This document shows, piece by piece, positions 52,405 to 63,092 of a stretch of 64,000 nucleotides of DNA. Under the pieces are notes generated by a model that did not search any database, had not been told where the DNA came from, and saw only the letters and a list, made by a program, of their open reading frames with translations. The DNA is from an uncultured bacterium (GTDB lineage Bacteria; Patescibacteriota; Minisyncoccia; UBA6257; GWB1-50-10). How positions within the stretch are numbered: position 1 is the first letter of the stretch; every line of letters begins with the position of its first letter. Both the position numbers and the translations under genes were made by a program. The DNA lies in contig OY970216.1 of assembly GCA_963713955.1 (NCBI GenBank), positions 442,252-506,251 of the forward strand, read 5' to 3'.

Positions 52405-53037
52405 ATGGCAATAACGATATTTGGGATAATCGTATTGATACTTTCCGCCGTTTTTCACGAAGTATCGCATGGTTTCATCGCCGACAAACTCGGCGACCCG
52501 ACAGCACGCCTCTCCGGCCGCTTGACCATGAATCCCCTAAAGCATTTAGATCCTTTCGGATCGGTGATCTTACCGATCCTTCTCTCGCTCATACCCGGCG
52601 GAATCATATTCGGCTGGGCGAAACCGGTTCCGTACAATCCTTACAACCTGAAGGATCCCGAAAAAGGGGCAGCTGAGATAGCTGCAGCGGGACCCTTGAG
52701 CAATCTCCTTCTCGCACTCGTCTTCGGAATCGTCTTCCGATTGACCACGGGATTTGAGAACGGCATCCTATTCAACCTGAACCAGTTGTCGGGAATCATA
52801 GTCATGATAAACGTGATCCTGGGAGTTTTTAATCTCGTGCCGATACCGCCCTTGGACGGCGCGAAGGTTTTGACGGTATTCATCCCCGAGAGTGCCCGCG
52901 GCATCAAAAAATTCTTGTATGAAAGGAATCCCTACGGATGGATCATACTCATCGCCTTCATATTTTTCGGCATATCGATCATCTACCCGATCATTTCCTT
53001 CGTATTCAGGATCTTCACCGGCGTCCCCCTTTACTAA
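52405..53037 (+). CDS. M50 family (site-2 protease-like) membrane metalloprotease
   Basis: HEVSHG (HExxH) in a TM helix. Confidence 0.8.
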   Translation: MAITIFGIIVLILSAVFHEVSHGFIADKLGDPTARLSGRLTMNPLKHLDPFGSVILPILLSLIPGGIIFGWAKPVPYNPYNLKDPEKGAAEIAAAGPLSNLLLALVFGIVFRLTTGFENGILFNLNQLSGIIVMINVILGVFNLVPIPPLDGAKVLTVFIPESARGIKKFLYERNPYGWIILIAFIFFGISIIYPIISFVFRIFTGVPLY

Positions 53038-53129
53038 CCATCAATTAAAGAAACTTGTGATGAGCGAGGATCGGTAAGCCTCGCTCTGGTTGACAATTCC
53101 ACTGTTTCCCCTTACCATATCTACTCGTA

Positions 53130-53540
53130 ATGCCCACGGTAAATCAACTCATCAAAAAAGGCAGATCGACCGTCAAGAAGAAAGCGAAGACTCCGGCATT
53201 GGAGTTTTATTTCAATTACTTGAAAAACAGGCCCGTCGATTCTCCGTCGCCCTTCAAGCGGGGTGTATGTCTCAAAGTTTTCACGACAACGCCGAAAAAA
53301 CCGAACTCGGCCTTGAGGAAAGTCGCGAGAGTGCGACTTACGAACGGCATGGAAGTCACGGCGTATATCCCGGGAGAAGGGCACAATCTTCAGGAACACT
53401 CGGTAGTCGTCGTGAGAGGCGGCAGGGTGAAGGACCTGCCGGGCGTGCGGTATCACGTCGTGAGAGGCGTACTCGACACGCAGGGAGTGGAAGCCAGGAA
53501 GCAACAGCGATCCAAATACGGAGCCAAGAAACCAAAATGA
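53130..53540 (+). CDS. rpsL: 30S ribosomal protein S12 (with ~13-aa insertion after residue ~24)
   Basis: PTVNQL..., [22 protein letters not shown]. Confidence 0.95.
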   Translation: MPTVNQLIKKGRSTVKKKAKTPALEFYFNYLKNRPVDSPSPFKRGVCLKVFTTTPKKPNSALRKVARVRLTNGMEVTAYIPGEGHNLQEHSVVVVRGGRVKDLPGVRYHVVRGVLDTQGVEARKQQRSKYGAKKPK

Positions 53541-54007
53541 GGAGAAAAGGATTCAAAAAAAGAGAACACGCCGCCGACAGCGCTTATGCGAGAGTTGACA
53601 TGGGCAGATTCATTAACTATTTGATGGAGGGCGGCAAAAAAACGGTAGCCGAGAAGGTTTTTTATGGCGCACTTCGCGAAATAGAAAAAACGACCAAGGA
53701 AGATCCCGTGAAGATTTTTGAGAAAGCCGTTGAGAATGCAACTCCTCTCCTCGAGGTAACCTCAAAAAGGATAGGTGGCGCCAACTACCAGATTCCGCGA
53801 GAGGTGAGGAATGAAAGAAAATTTTTCCTTGCGACGCACTGGATCATAGACGCGGCAAGGAAGAAAAAAGGCAAACCGATGGCTGAGAAGCTGGCGGAAG
53901 AAATCGTGGCCGCCTCCAAGAATGAGGGGGCAGCTATAAAAAAGAAACAAGACACGCACCGGATGGCAGAGGCGAACCGCGCGTTCGCAAGCTACTTGAG
54001 GGGTTAA
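53537..54007 (+). CDS. rpsG: 30S ribosomal protein S7 (start ATG 53537 overlaps rpsL stop)
   Basis: S7 family block ...[16 protein letters not shown]... Confidence 0.9.
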   Translation: MRRKGFKKREHAADSAYARVDMGRFINYLMEGGKKTVAEKVFYGALREIEKTTKEDPVKIFEKAVENATPLLEVTSKRIGGANYQIPREVRNERKFFLATHWIIDAARKKKGKPMAEKLAEEIVAASKNEGAAIKKKQDTHRMAEANRAFASYLRG

Positions 54008-54008
54008 T

Positions 54009-54138
54009 CCCTCACCCTTCGAGGATAAGCAATTATCCGGAAGCGGAAGGAGAATTAATCATGAAAATGAAAAGTTTATCAAACAACAGTCGCTCAGATT
54101 ATAAGGATCACTTTTTGATGATCCTCGAAGGGTGAGGG
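54009..54138 (+). promoter_or_regulatory. 18-bp perfect inverted repeat (ccctcacccttcgaggat / atcctcgaagggtgaggg) enclosing a 24-codon mini-ORF (54061..54135, own GGAGG RBS); right arm contains the fusA Shine-Dalgarno
   Basis: read directly; mini-ORF stop TGA lies 3 nt before the fusA ATG. Confidence 0.6.
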
Positions 54139-56244
54139 ATGCCGAGACAATACCCACTGGAAAAAGTAAGGGATATCGGCATTATTGCCCACATCGATGC
54201 GGGCAAGACCACGACGTCGGAGCGCGTCCTTTTTTACACCGGCGTTTCGCACAAAATAGGCGAGGTGCACGAAGGTGACACGATAATGGATTGGATGGAA
54301 CAAGAACGGGAGCGGGGCATAACGATAACTTCCGCGGCGACGACCTGCTTTTGGATCCCCACGTACGCCAAGGGAAATAAAGCGGACGAACACCGGATAA
54401 ATCTCATAGACACCCCTGGCCACATAGACTTCACCGTTGAAGTCAAAAGATCTCTCAGGGTTCTTGACGGAGCCGTTGTCGTCTTCGACGGCGTCGCCGG
54501 CGTAGAACCTCAGTCGGAAACAAACTGGCATTACGCCGACGAATATAAAGTTCCGAGAATCTGCTTCATAAACAAACTGGATCGCATGGGAGCCAGCTTC
54601 GATTTCAGCTTCAACTCCATAATGGAGCGCCTGACGCCGAACGCCATAGCCATACAACTACCCCTAGGCCTTGAATCGGCTTTTGAAGGAGTGATCGATT
54701 TGTTGAACATGAAAGCCATAAGATTCGAAGGCGAGCACGGAGAAAAAGTAATCGAAGGCGAGATTCCGGAAAACATGCGGGAAGAAGCCAAGAAAAAAAG
54801 GCATGAATTGATAGAAAAAATAGTAGAGAAAGACGACGGACTCATGGCACTTTATTTGGAGGGGAAAGAACCGGACATTGCTTCGCTTAAAAGGACACTC
54901 CGAACCGAAACGATAGCCAACCGCCTCGTGCCGGTTTTTTGCGGGTCGGCCTTGCAGAATAAGGGCGTTCAGTTGATCTTGGACGCAGTGGTCGATTACC
55001 TCCCGTCCCCGATCGACATGCCACCCATAAAAGGAATAAATCCCTCGACTGGCATGGAAGAAGAACGGCATCCTCTTGACGACGAACCGCTCGCCGGCCT
55101 CGCTTTCAAAATTGCTGCCGATCCTTTCGTCGGATCTCTCACGTACTTCAGGGTTTATGCCGGAACGATAAAACGAGGAAGCTATGTCCTGAACGCGACG
55201 AAAAACTCACAGGAAAGGATCGGGAGGTTGGTCAGAATGCACGCTAATCACCGGGAAGAGGTAGAGGAGTTGTACGCGGGCGATTTGGGCGCCATCGTCG
55301 GCCTCAAGAACACGACGACGGGCGATAGCTTGACCGATCCGGAACATCCGATCATACTCGAAAAAATAATTTTCCCAGAGCCGGTCATTTCAGTACGAAT
55401 CGAACCAAAGACGAAAGCTGATCAAGAAAAAATGGGCATCGCCTTACACCGCCTCTCGGAAGAAGACCCTACCTTCAAGGTTTCCGGCGACGAAGAAACC
55501 GGCGAAACCATTATTGCCGGCATGGGAGAACTCCACCTGGAAATCATAGTCGACCGGATGAAAAGGGAATTCGGCGTCGAGGCAAGCGTCGGCCGTCCAC
55601 AGGTTGCCTACAAAGAAACAATAAAAGGAGAGGCGGAGGCGGAGGGGAAATACATACGGCAATCGGGCGGACGTGGCCAATACGGACATGTCTGGCTCAA
55701 AGCCGAGGCACTGGAGAGGGGAGAGGGCTTTGAATTTGTCGATTCGATAAAGGGCGGCGTGATCCCGCAAGAATTTATTCCTGCCGTCGAAAAGGGGGTA
55801 CGGGAAGCTCTCGAGAGAGGAATCCTCGCGGGGTATCCCGTGATCGATCTCAAAGTGACTCTCTTCGACGGTTCGTACCACGAAGTCGATTCGTCGGAAT
55901 TCGCTTTCAAGATAGCCGGCTCAATGGCTCTCCAAGAAGCCGCAAAAAGAGCGAAGCTCGTTCTCCTCGAACCGATCATGAAGGTTCAAGTCATCGTTCC
56001 ACCCGATTTCTTGGGCGACGTGACGGGCGATTTGAGTTCAAAGAGGGGAAAAATCAAAGCGATGGGCGAGCGCGGCACGGTGCGGGTGATAGACGCAAAC
56101 GTCCCCCTAGCCGAAATGTTCGGCTACTCGACGAGTTTGAGATCGATGACTCAGGGAAGGGGATCTTTCAACATGGAATTCTCGCACTATGAAGAAATAC
56201 CCCAAAGCGTAGCGCAAACCATAATAGAAGGAAGAAAAAAATGA
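54139..56244 (+). CDS. fusA: elongation factor G
   Basis: GTPase G1-G5 motifs, EF-G domains II-V. Confidence 0.97.
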   Translation: MPRQYPLEKVRDIGIIAHIDAGKTTTSERVLFYTGVSHKIGEVHEGDTIMDWMEQERERGITITSAATTCFWIPTYAKGNKADEHRINLIDTPGHIDFTVEVKRSLRVLDGAVVVFDGVAGVEPQSETNWHYADEYKVPRICFINKLDRMGASFDFSFNSIMERLTPNAIAIQLPLGLESAFEGVIDLLNMKAIRFEGEHGEKVIEGEIPENMREEAKKKRHELIEKIVEKDDGLMALYLEGKEPDIASLKRTLRTETIANRLVPVFCGSALQNKGVQLILDAVVDYLPSPIDMPPIKGINPSTGMEEERHPLDDEPLAGLAFKIAADPFVGSLTYFRVYAGTIKRGSYVLNATKNSQERIGRLVRMHANHREEVEELYAGDLGAIVGLKNTTTGDSLTDPEHPIILEKIIFPEPVISVRIEPKTKADQEKMGIALHRLSEEDPTFKVSGDEETGETIIAGMGELHLEIIVDRMKREFGVEASVGRPQVAYKETIKGEAEAEGKYIRQSGGRGQYGHVWLKAEALERGEGFEFVDSIKGGVIPQEFIPAVEKGVREALERGILAGYPVIDLKVTLFDGSYHEVDSSEFAFKIAGSMALQEAAKRAKLVLLEPIMKVQVIVPPDFLGDVTGDLSSKRGKIKAMGERGTVRVIDANVPLAEMFGYSTSLRSMTQGRGSFNMEFSHYEEIPQSVAQTIIEGRKK

Positions 56245-56322
56245 GGAGTTGACTGTTTTAAGGAAACTGTTCTACAATATAAAAAATGGTCTTTAGGTCG
56301 AAATAAAAAGAACAAAAAAACA

Positions 56323-57522
56323 ATGGCAGAAAAAGAAAAATTCGTCAGGAGCAAACCCCATGTGAACGTTGGAACCATCGGGCATGTTGACCACGGCAAA
56401 ACAACTTTGACCGCAGCAATCACGCACGTTCTCCACATGAAGGGGTTGGCCAAGAAAGAAGAGGGAGTTGATCAAATCGACAACGCCCCCGAAGAAAAAG
56501 CTCGCGGTATCACGATTGCGCTCCACCACTCCGAATATGAGTCGGAGAAGCGCCACTACGCCCACATCGACGCGCCGGGACATGCGGATTACATAAAGAA
56601 CATGATCACCGGTGCCGCCCAGATGGATGGTGCAATTTTGGTCGTATCGGCGGCGGACGGTCCGATGCCGCAAACAAGGGAGCACATTTTGCTCGCTTAC
56701 CAGGTCGGAGTTCCGAAAATAATCGTTTTTCTGAACAAGGTTGATATGGTTGATGATCCGGAACTCATCGATCTCGTCGAATCAGAGGTCCGCGAACTTC
56801 TGAAGAAATATCATTTTGACGGCGATGCGACACCGGTAATTCGCGGGTCAGCCTTGAAAGCGCTCGAAACGAAGTCCGCCGACGACGAAGCGGCCAAGCC
56901 GATATTGGAATTGGTCAAAGCCCTCGATGATTACATTCCCGAGCCGGTGAGGGATACGGATAAACCGTTCCTTATGCCCATCGAAGACATCTTTTCGATA
57001 GAAGGCCGCGGAACGGTCGTCACGGGCAGAGTTGAACGGGGGATGGTCAAGGTAAACGACGAAGTTGAAGTCATAGGACTCAAGCCGACCCAAAAAACAG
57101 TTATAACCGGCATAGAAATGTTCCAAAAAACTCTCGACGAGGGGCAGGCAGGGGATAACGTGGGAGTGCTCCTTCGGGGTTTAAAGAAAGAAGACGTGGA
57201 GCGGGGCCAGGTCATCGCGAAACCCGGCAGCGTCACGCCGCACACCGAATTCACGGCGGAAGTTTACGTCTTAAGCAAAGAGGAAGGCGGAAGACACACG
57301 CCGTTCTTCAAAGGATATAAACCGCAGTTCTACATAAGAACCACCGATGTCACCGGCGAAGTGACGTTGCCGGAAGGAATGGAAATGGTGATGCCGGGGG
57401 ATACCGTGAACATCACGATCAAGCTCATTGCGCCGGTTGCCCTCGAAGAGAAACAGCGGTTCGCCATCAGGGAGGGCGGCAAGACGGTTGGTGCCGGCGT
57501 GGTAACCAAGATCATTAAATAA
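56323..57522 (+). CDS. tuf: elongation factor Tu
   Basis: [19 protein letters not shown] motifs. Confidence 0.98.
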   Translation: MAEKEKFVRSKPHVNVGTIGHVDHGKTTLTAAITHVLHMKGLAKKEEGVDQIDNAPEEKARGITIALHHSEYESEKRHYAHIDAPGHADYIKNMITGAAQMDGAILVVSAADGPMPQTREHILLAYQVGVPKIIVFLNKVDMVDDPELIDLVESEVRELLKKYHFDGDATPVIRGSALKALETKSADDEAAKPILELVKALDDYIPEPVRDTDKPFLMPIEDIFSIEGRGTVVTGRVERGMVKVNDEVEVIGLKPTQKTVITGIEMFQKTLDEGQAGDNVGVLLRGLKKEDVERGQVIAKPGSVTPHTEFTAEVYVLSKEEGGRHTPFFKGYKPQFYIRTTDVTGEVTLPEGMEMVMPGDTVNITIKLIAPVALEEKQRFAIREGGKTVGAGVVTKIIK

Positions 57523-57548
57523 CCTGCGACGAAGGGGAGAAAAATCTC

Positions 57549-57881
57549 ATGCCCAAAAAAGAAGCAGACCTCCAAAAAGACAAACTGAGAATAAAGATAA
57601 AAGCTTACGATTCGAAACTGATCGATAATTCGGTACGTCAGATAATCGAGACGATAAAAAGACAGGGCGGTGACGTACGAGGTCCCATACCGCTTCCGAC
57701 TGAATTCAAGAAATATGCAGTGAATCGTTCCACCTTCGTTCACAAGAAATCGGGAGAGCAATTTGAACTCAGAATCCACAAGCGGCTCCTCGACATCGTG
57801 AATCCGGAGCAAAAAATCATCGAGTCACTGACGGATCTCAATCTCCCCTCGGGAGTGGATGTGGAAATAAAGATGGAGTAA
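57549..57881 (+). CDS. rpsJ: 30S ribosomal protein S10
   Basis: S10 family; followed by intrinsic terminator 57902-57928. Confidence 0.9.
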   Translation: MPKKEADLQKDKLRIKIKAYDSKLIDNSVRQIIETIKRQGGDVRGPIPLPTEFKKYAVNRSTFVHKKSGEQFELRIHKRLLDIVNPEQKIIESLTDLNLPSGVDVEIKME

Positions 57882-57901
57882 GCAAGAGCAACCACCAAAA
57901 A

Positions 57902-57928
57902 CACCGCTCATTTGAGCGGTGTTTTTGG
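57902..57928 (+). terminator. rho-independent terminator after rpsJ (caccgctcatttgagcggtg + TTTTT)
   Basis: perfect 8-bp stem plus T-run. Confidence 0.65.
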
Positions 57929-57959
57929 TTTTCTTCAATGTGAATCTGAGAAAGCAGCT

Positions 57960-58166
57960 GGAATCCCTTTTCACTAAAACCCTCAGTTGTTAAAATCCTC
58001 CTCGCTCTTCATCGGAATAAAGTCGCACAATAGCGAACTCAACCTTGGTTTCATTAATGAAACCAGCGGGATTCAAACATTCGCTATTGTGCTCATTCCT
58101 TCCTCATCGCTCGGGGATTTATAAACAACCTCGGGCAAACCGTTCAAAGGGATTCCAGCTGCTTCT
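57960..58166. repeat. ~207-bp MITE-like element with 21-bp terminal inverted repeats (gaaagcagctggaatcccttt / aaagggattccagctgcttct) and nested palindromes (gcacaatagcgaa...GGTTTCATTAATGAAACC...ttcgctattgtgc)
   Basis: read directly; lies between the rpsJ terminator and the pilin-lectin gene promoter. Confidence 0.55.
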
Positions 58167-58196
58167 TTTCTCTTGTCTTGTAGTATAATTAACCTA

Positions 58197-59432
58197 ATGA
58201 ATCTCAGAGGTAGAGAATCCTTCACCCTGATCGAGCTCCTGGTCGTGATTGCGATCCTTGCCGTCCTTGCGGTGGCCGTCGTCTTGGTCTTGAACCCTGC
58301 CCAGCTCCTGGCTCAAGGAAGAGATTCGACTCGTTTGTCTGATCTTTCCGCTCTGAATAGCGCCCTCTCCCTCTTCCAGGCAGATCAATATACCCAGTCC
58401 TTAGGGACTCCGAATACCCTCTACATATCAGTCCCTGACAATGCCTCCTCCTCCTGTGGTTCCTTAGGCCTCCCAACTCCTCCCCCAGGATGGGCCTATC
58501 ACTGTGTTCCCCAAGCTTCTTCCACGAAGGTAGATGGTTCCGGCTGGATTCCCGTGAATCTGACCCAAATCTCATCAGGAAGTCCCTTATCCAAGCTTCC
58601 GATAGACCCTGCCAATTCTTCCTCCTCAGGACTCTACTATACCTATACGCTCTCCAGCAACGGGAAGTATGAATTGACCTCAGAATTGGAGTCCCAGAAA
58701 TACGTTCCTACCATGGCCCAGGATGGAGGTTCCTATGACGGTCTCTACCAGATTGGTTCCCAGGTGGATATCACTCCTCCCTTCCGGAGCTCTGGACTCA
58801 TGGGGTATTGGCCGTTCGACGAGGGGAGTGGGACCACGGCATACAATTCCTCGGGGAATAATAACAATGGGAGCTGGAGCGGGGCGACGCCGTATTATAC
58901 AGCCAGCGCGAAGGTGGGAGCGTACGCTGGGAATTTCAATGGGAGCAATGATATCGTTACCTTACCGACAGGCAGCACTCAATTAGAGACACCCAGCATA
59001 ACTGTTTCTGCTTGGATTAATTTTACGGCCGCTACGAGTAGTAACTATGATATCTTTCAGAAGAAGCGTCCCTATGGCAATTACCGCGGCTACGAACTTT
59101 ATATAAACCTCAGCAATCAAGCACAATTTGATATCGGAAATGGCTCAGCGTATATTACGGGTCCGTCATCCTCAGTTTCTAAGAATACATGGACTTTTAT
59201 TGTAGGAAGCTATGATGGCAATAACATCAACATATATGTCAATGGAACCCTAAAATCTACTGTAGCGAATAATACCGGTATTAGTTATTCTGGGGGTAGT
59301 AGTCCGGGGACATATATAGGCACTGACAGTGGTAATGCTAATTACTTTACCGGCTTCATGGACGACGTCCGCATCTACAACAGGGCATTATCCGCCGCGG
59401 AGGTCCAGGCGATCTATAATGCACAGAAATAG
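58197..59432 (+). CDS. type IV pilin-like protein with C-terminal LamG-like lectin domain; paralog 3 of 3, located inside the S10 operon (ORF track TTG 58173; probable ATG 58197)
   Basis: ~88% nt identity to paralog 2 over the first ~500 bp and the last ~70 bp; divergent middle. Confidence 0.85.
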   Translation: MNLRGRESFTLIELLVVIAILAVLAVAVVLVLNPAQLLAQGRDSTRLSDLSALNSALSLFQADQYTQSLGTPNTLYISVPDNASSSCGSLGLPTPPPGWAYHCVPQASSTKVDGSGWIPVNLTQISSGSPLSKLPIDPANSSSSGLYYTYTLSSNGKYELTSELESQKYVPTMAQDGGSYDGLYQIGSQVDITPPFRSSGLMGYWPFDEGSGTTAYNSSGNNNNGSWSGATPYYTASAKVGAYAGNFNGSNDIVTLPTGSTQLETPSITVSAWINFTAATSSNYDIFQKKRPYGNYRGYELYINLSNQAQFDIGNGSAYITGPSSSVSKNTWTFIVGSYDGNNINIYVNGTLKSTVANNTGISYSGGSSPGTYIGTDSGNANYFTGFMDDVRIYNRALSAAEVQAIYNAQK

Positions 59433-59744
59433 AAGGTAAAGCACCAAATCCCAAGCACCAAATCCCAAATAATACCCCAATGTTCGAATTTCAAATTTAA
59501 GTATTTATTTGTTATTTGGAATTTGGATCTTGGAATTTCACTGCTTCGGTTAACCGAAGCGGTCTCATTAATGAAACCACCTCTACAAACATTAGGCTCG
59601 AGCTTAATCTTTGTAAAACGAGAGCTTACAATATTCCTACTTCCAAAGAGAAGCAGCCCAAGGTTTCCTTGAACGTTTTTCCGGAAGGCGTTTGAGTCCC
59701 AGTCGTTTATTTCTTTTAGGAGGTGGGATGATTCCAAAGAGCGA

Positions 59745-59812
59745 GGCAGGTACTCCTTCCGAAGGCTAAGACTTGGGCGTCGCCCCGGAGACTGCCTGAG
59801 GAAGGAGTACCT
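59745..59812. repeat. repeat family F2 copy 3 (reverse orientation) upstream of rplC promoter
   Basis: near-identical to 50671-50740. Confidence 0.65.
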
Positions 59813-59850
59813 GACGAGTAAGAAGAAATCATCTCGCCGACGCCCCTTTG

Positions 59851-59880
59851 TTGACAAAAAAAGCCCTTTTAGCTAATATA
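59851..59880 (+). promoter_or_regulatory. sigma-70-like promoter for rplC and downstream genes (-35 TTGACA 59851, -10 TAATAT 59875)
   Basis: consensus hexamers with 18-nt spacing. Confidence 0.45.
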
Positions 59881-59949
59881 AAGGCCAAAGAGACAGGTAG
59901 CCAGAAAATAAACCGGGCTAGGGTCTCGGTTCTTTTTTTGGATAAAAAT

Positions 59950-60375
59950 ATGGTGAAAATCACCGGCATAAAACTCAAAATGTCGCAGGTATGGAAGGGA
60001 GACGAAGTGATCGCTGTCACGCCGGTTAAAGTTTCCGAGGAAAGCGCCCTCGGAGAGGTGAAAGAAGGAGAAAAAGTCAAAGTAAGCGGTGCAAGCAAGG
60101 GAAGAGGATTTCAAGGGGTGGTGAAAAGACACGGATTTCACGGCGGGCCCAAGAGCCATGGACAAAAAGACCGCTTGCGGGCGCCGGGCTCGATAGGTCC
60201 CACCGCGCCCCAGAGAACCATCAAGGGAAGAAGAATGGCGGGCCACATGGGAACAAGGAAAGTAACGGTCAAGAATTTGGAAATCATCGGAATCAAAAGC
60301 GACGAAAAGACGCTTCTTGTGAAGGGCGCCGTGCCGGGTCCGGTAGGCGGGAAAATTGAGATAACCAAACAATAA
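59950..60375 (+). CDS. rplC: 50S ribosomal protein L3 (short; ORF track start 59848; probable ATG 59950)
   Basis: GRGFQGVVKRHGFHGGPKSHG... Confidence 0.85.
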   Translation: MVKITGIKLKMSQVWKGDEVIAVTPVKVSEESALGEVKEGEKVKVSGASKGRGFQGVVKRHGFHGGPKSHGQKDRLRAPGSIGPTAPQRTIKGRRMAGHMGTRKVTVKNLEIIGIKSDEKTLLVKGAVPGPVGGKIEITKQ

Positions 60376-60381
60376 ACAGCG

Positions 60382-61017
60382 ATGAAAACCGAACTTTTCG
60401 ACAAAACAAACAAAAAAGTCGGAACCATTGATTTGCCCGACAAACTATTCGGAGTCAAATGGAATGCCGATCTTGTGCACCAGGCTTTTTCTGCTTTCAC
60501 CGCCAACCAAAGAAAACCGTGGGCTCATACAAAAGATCGGTCGGAAGTCTCGGGTGGCGGCAAGAAACCGTGGAGGCAAAAGCACACAGGACGATCCCGG
60601 CACGGGAGCACGCGCTCACCGCTTTGGAAGGGAGGTGGTGTCACCTTCGGTCCCATGAAAACCAAGGACTATTCCAAGAAAATCAACACGAAAATGAAAC
60701 GGCTTGCTTTGTTTTCAGTTCTCTCCAAAAAACTCAGCGATGGAAACCTGAAAATCATCGAAAAACTGGAATTGGAAAAACCGAAAACGAAGGAAGCGGC
60801 GGGAATACTCAAAAACTTTTTCGCCAAGCCGGAAAGCACCCTCCTGGTGGTGATTCCAGAGAATAAAAACTCGCGTCTCGCGTTCCGAAACATACCAAAG
60901 ATCGAGGTCGCAACGCCGGGTTCGCTCAATATTTATGAATGCCTTGCGAGTCGAAACATCTTTTTCGAAAAGAGTGCCGTCGACGCGTTCGTGAAAAAAT
61001 ACGAGTCTGAAAAATAA
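60382..61017 (+). CDS. rplD: 50S ribosomal protein L4
   Basis: L4 family, position. Confidence 0.9.
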   Translation: MKTELFDKTNKKVGTIDLPDKLFGVKWNADLVHQAFSAFTANQRKPWAHTKDRSEVSGGGKKPWRQKHTGRSRHGSTRSPLWKGGGVTFGPMKTKDYSKKINTKMKRLALFSVLSKKLSDGNLKIIEKLELEKPKTKEAAGILKNFFAKPESTLLVVIPENKNSRLAFRNIPKIEVATPGSLNIYECLASRNIFFEKSAVDAFVKKYESEK

Positions 61018-61022
61018 TTTCC

Positions 61023-61397
61023 ATGGCTTTTCTGAAAATCAAAAAACAAAAAATGCCCGCGATGGCCGAAACGAAAAAGGAAGAAAGTCAAAAGACGGAG
61101 ACGAAAATACCATCAGTCAAGCACTTCACGAGAAACATACTCGTGAAACCGTGGATAACGGAAAAATCGACCGATCTCGGCTCCCAGAACAAATACATGT
61201 TCCTCGTTAAGGGGAATGCCACGAAACCGCTCATCAGGGAGAACATCTCAAGGAGATACAACGTGAACGTCCTTGGCGTTGACGTCGTGAACATTAAGGG
61301 CAAGATGAAACACTTCAGAAATCAGGCCGCGAGGAAGTCGGGGCTCAAAAAAGCCATTATAACCTTGAAAAAAGGCGATAAGATTGAAATTCAATGA
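61023..61397 (+). CDS. rplW: 50S ribosomal protein L23 (start uncertain)
   Basis: L23 family, position. Confidence 0.8.
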   Translation: MAFLKIKKQKMPAMAETKKEESQKTETKIPSVKHFTRNILVKPWITEKSTDLGSQNKYMFLVKGNATKPLIRENISRRYNVNVLGVDVVNIKGKMKHFRNQAARKSGLKKAIITLKKGDKIEIQ

Positions 61398-62218
61398 TCA
61401 AGAAATTAAAACCCAGAACGCCATCGATGCGATCCATGACGGTAGTGGATTACAACGCCATTTCCGGCGCGAAACCATACAAAAATCTTACGAAGAGACT
61501 CAGGAAAAACGCAGGACGGAACAATCAAGGAAGGATCTCGGTCAGACATCAAGGAGGAGGTAACAAGATAATCTACCGGATCGTGGACTTCAAGCAATCC
61601 AAAATGGGCGTCCCCGGCAAGGTTGAAACCATAGAATACGATCCGTACCGAACCGCTTTCATAGCCCGTATCCTCTATGCCGACGGCGAAAGAAGCTATA
61701 TCTTGGCGCCCCACGGATTAAAAATAGGAGACAGAATCACGGCGGGACCCGACGTTGCGATAGAACCGGGAAATCGAACAGCGCTCCAACGAATACCGGT
61801 TGGCTCCTTCGTCCACAACGTTGAGATTCAGCCGGGGAGCGGGGGACGGTTCGGGAGATCCGCAGGAACATCCGTGCAAATCGTGGCGCATGAGGACGGA
61901 TACACACACCTCAAAATGCCGTCGGGAGAAATAAGAAAAATTCAATGGAATGCGTACGCTTCAATTGGACAAATGTCCAATCCAGAATATAATTTGGTAT
62001 CCAGCGGTAAAGCCGGACGCTCCCGATGGCTCAACATCCGACCAACCGTGAGAGGCTCCGCTATGAATCCAAGAGACCATCCGTACGGCGGAGGCGAAGG
62101 GAAGCAGCCGCGCGGCACGAAGAGACCGAAAACAAAGTGGGGCAAGATAACCGGGGGCCACAAAACGAGGAGGAAAAAGAGGTATTCGAACCATTTAATC
62201 GTCAAGAGAAGGAAATAA
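61394..62218 (+). CDS. rplB: 50S ribosomal protein L2
   Basis: L2 family motifs (GGG..KP..RG..MNP.DHPHGGGEG). Confidence 0.95.
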   Translation: MIKKLKPRTPSMRSMTVVDYNAISGAKPYKNLTKRLRKNAGRNNQGRISVRHQGGGNKIIYRIVDFKQSKMGVPGKVETIEYDPYRTAFIARILYADGERSYILAPHGLKIGDRITAGPDVAIEPGNRTALQRIPVGSFVHNVEIQPGSGGRFGRSAGTSVQIVAHEDGYTHLKMPSGEIRKIQWNAYASIGQMSNPEYNLVSSGKAGRSRWLNIRPTVRGSAMNPRDHPYGGGEGKQPRGTKRPKTKWGKITGGHKTRRKKRYSNHLIVKRRK

Positions 62219-62223
62219 CCACT

Positions 62224-62547
62224 ATGTCACGCTCAAGCAAAAAGGGTCCGTTCGTCGATCCTAAACTTCTGAAAAAAATATCCAAACTGAAGCCGGGAAA
62301 CGCCGGGGCCATCAAAACATGGTCAAGGGATTCGGAAATCTCTCCGGAGATGGTTGGTTTCACGTTTCTGGTTCACAACGGCAAAGATTTCATAGAAGTT
62401 CATACCAGCGAAGAAATGGTCGGTCACCGACTGGGCGAGTTCTCCCTGACGAGAAAGTTCATAAAGCACGGAGGCAAAATGCAGCGAGACCTTGAAAAAA
62501 CATCAGGAACGCCCGCTTCTCCGGCGGGAGGAGTCGCCCAAAAGTAA
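62224..62547 (+). CDS. rpsS: 30S ribosomal protein S19
   Basis: [11 protein letters not shown]... S19 family. Confidence 0.9.
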   Translation: MSRSSKKGPFVDPKLLKKISKLKPGNAGAIKTWSRDSEISPEMVGFTFLVHNGKDFIEVHTSEEMVGHRLGEFSLTRKFIKHGGKMQRDLEKTSGTPASPAGGVAQK

Positions 62548-62556
62548 TCTAAACAC

Positions 62557-63090
62557 ATGGCGACAGACGGATCCGAAATAAAAGTCAAGTTTAATTATCT
62601 GAGAATTCCTCCTCGGAAGGTTCGTTTCGTAGCCGATTTGATAAGGGGTCTGCCAGTCGAGGAGGCCGAGGCGAAGCTCCTCATAAACCCACGGAGACCG
62701 AAGGAAAACCTCGTGAAACTTTTGCGGTCAGCCGTCGCTGCTGCCAAGAATAACCACAACGTTGAAGCCGCAAAACTTTTCGTAAAAGAAATAAGGGTTG
62801 ACGGAGGCCCTATGTTCAAACGATGGACGACGCGGGCGAGGGGAGGCGTGGATCCGATACAAAAGAAGACCAGTCACGTAACTTTGGTTTTAGGGGTCTC
62901 GGAAAAAATATCAGAGAGCAGGTTCAACATCGTAAAACCGAAAAAGGAGAAGAAGAACAAGAAAGAAAACGAAGAAAAAGAGCCCACGATCAAAACGGAA
63001 CCCGTAAAGGAAATGAAAGAAACCGACAAAAAGAAACCTTCAAGCGAGGCCGGCACTTTCAAGAAAATGTTCAGAAGAAAAGCAATATAA
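62557..63090 (+). CDS. rplV: 50S ribosomal protein L22 with Lys-rich C-terminal extension
   Basis: L22 family core plus KKEKKNKKENEEKE tail. Confidence 0.85.
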   Translation: MATDGSEIKVKFNYLRIPPRKVRFVADLIRGLPVEEAEAKLLINPRRPKENLVKLLRSAVAAAKNNHNVEAAKLFVKEIRVDGGPMFKRWTTRARGGVDPIQKKTSHVTLVLGVSEKISESRFNIVKPKKEKKNKKENEEKEPTIKTEPVKEMKETDKKKPSSEAGTFKKMFRRKAI

Positions 63091-63092
63091 AA

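Noticed and set aside
52026-52676. 216-aa ORF on the + strand overlapping the 51687..52358 (-) and M50 protease genes
   Set aside because: It spans two better-supported genes in other frames and on the other strand, and its translation is Arg-rich low complexity.
59441-59468. Tandem direct repeat gcaccaaatcccaa x2 after the pilin gene; considered as a CRISPR-like array
   Set aside because: There are only two contiguous copies with no spacers, and no cas genes in the window. It is better explained as part of the hairpin-rich cassette flank.
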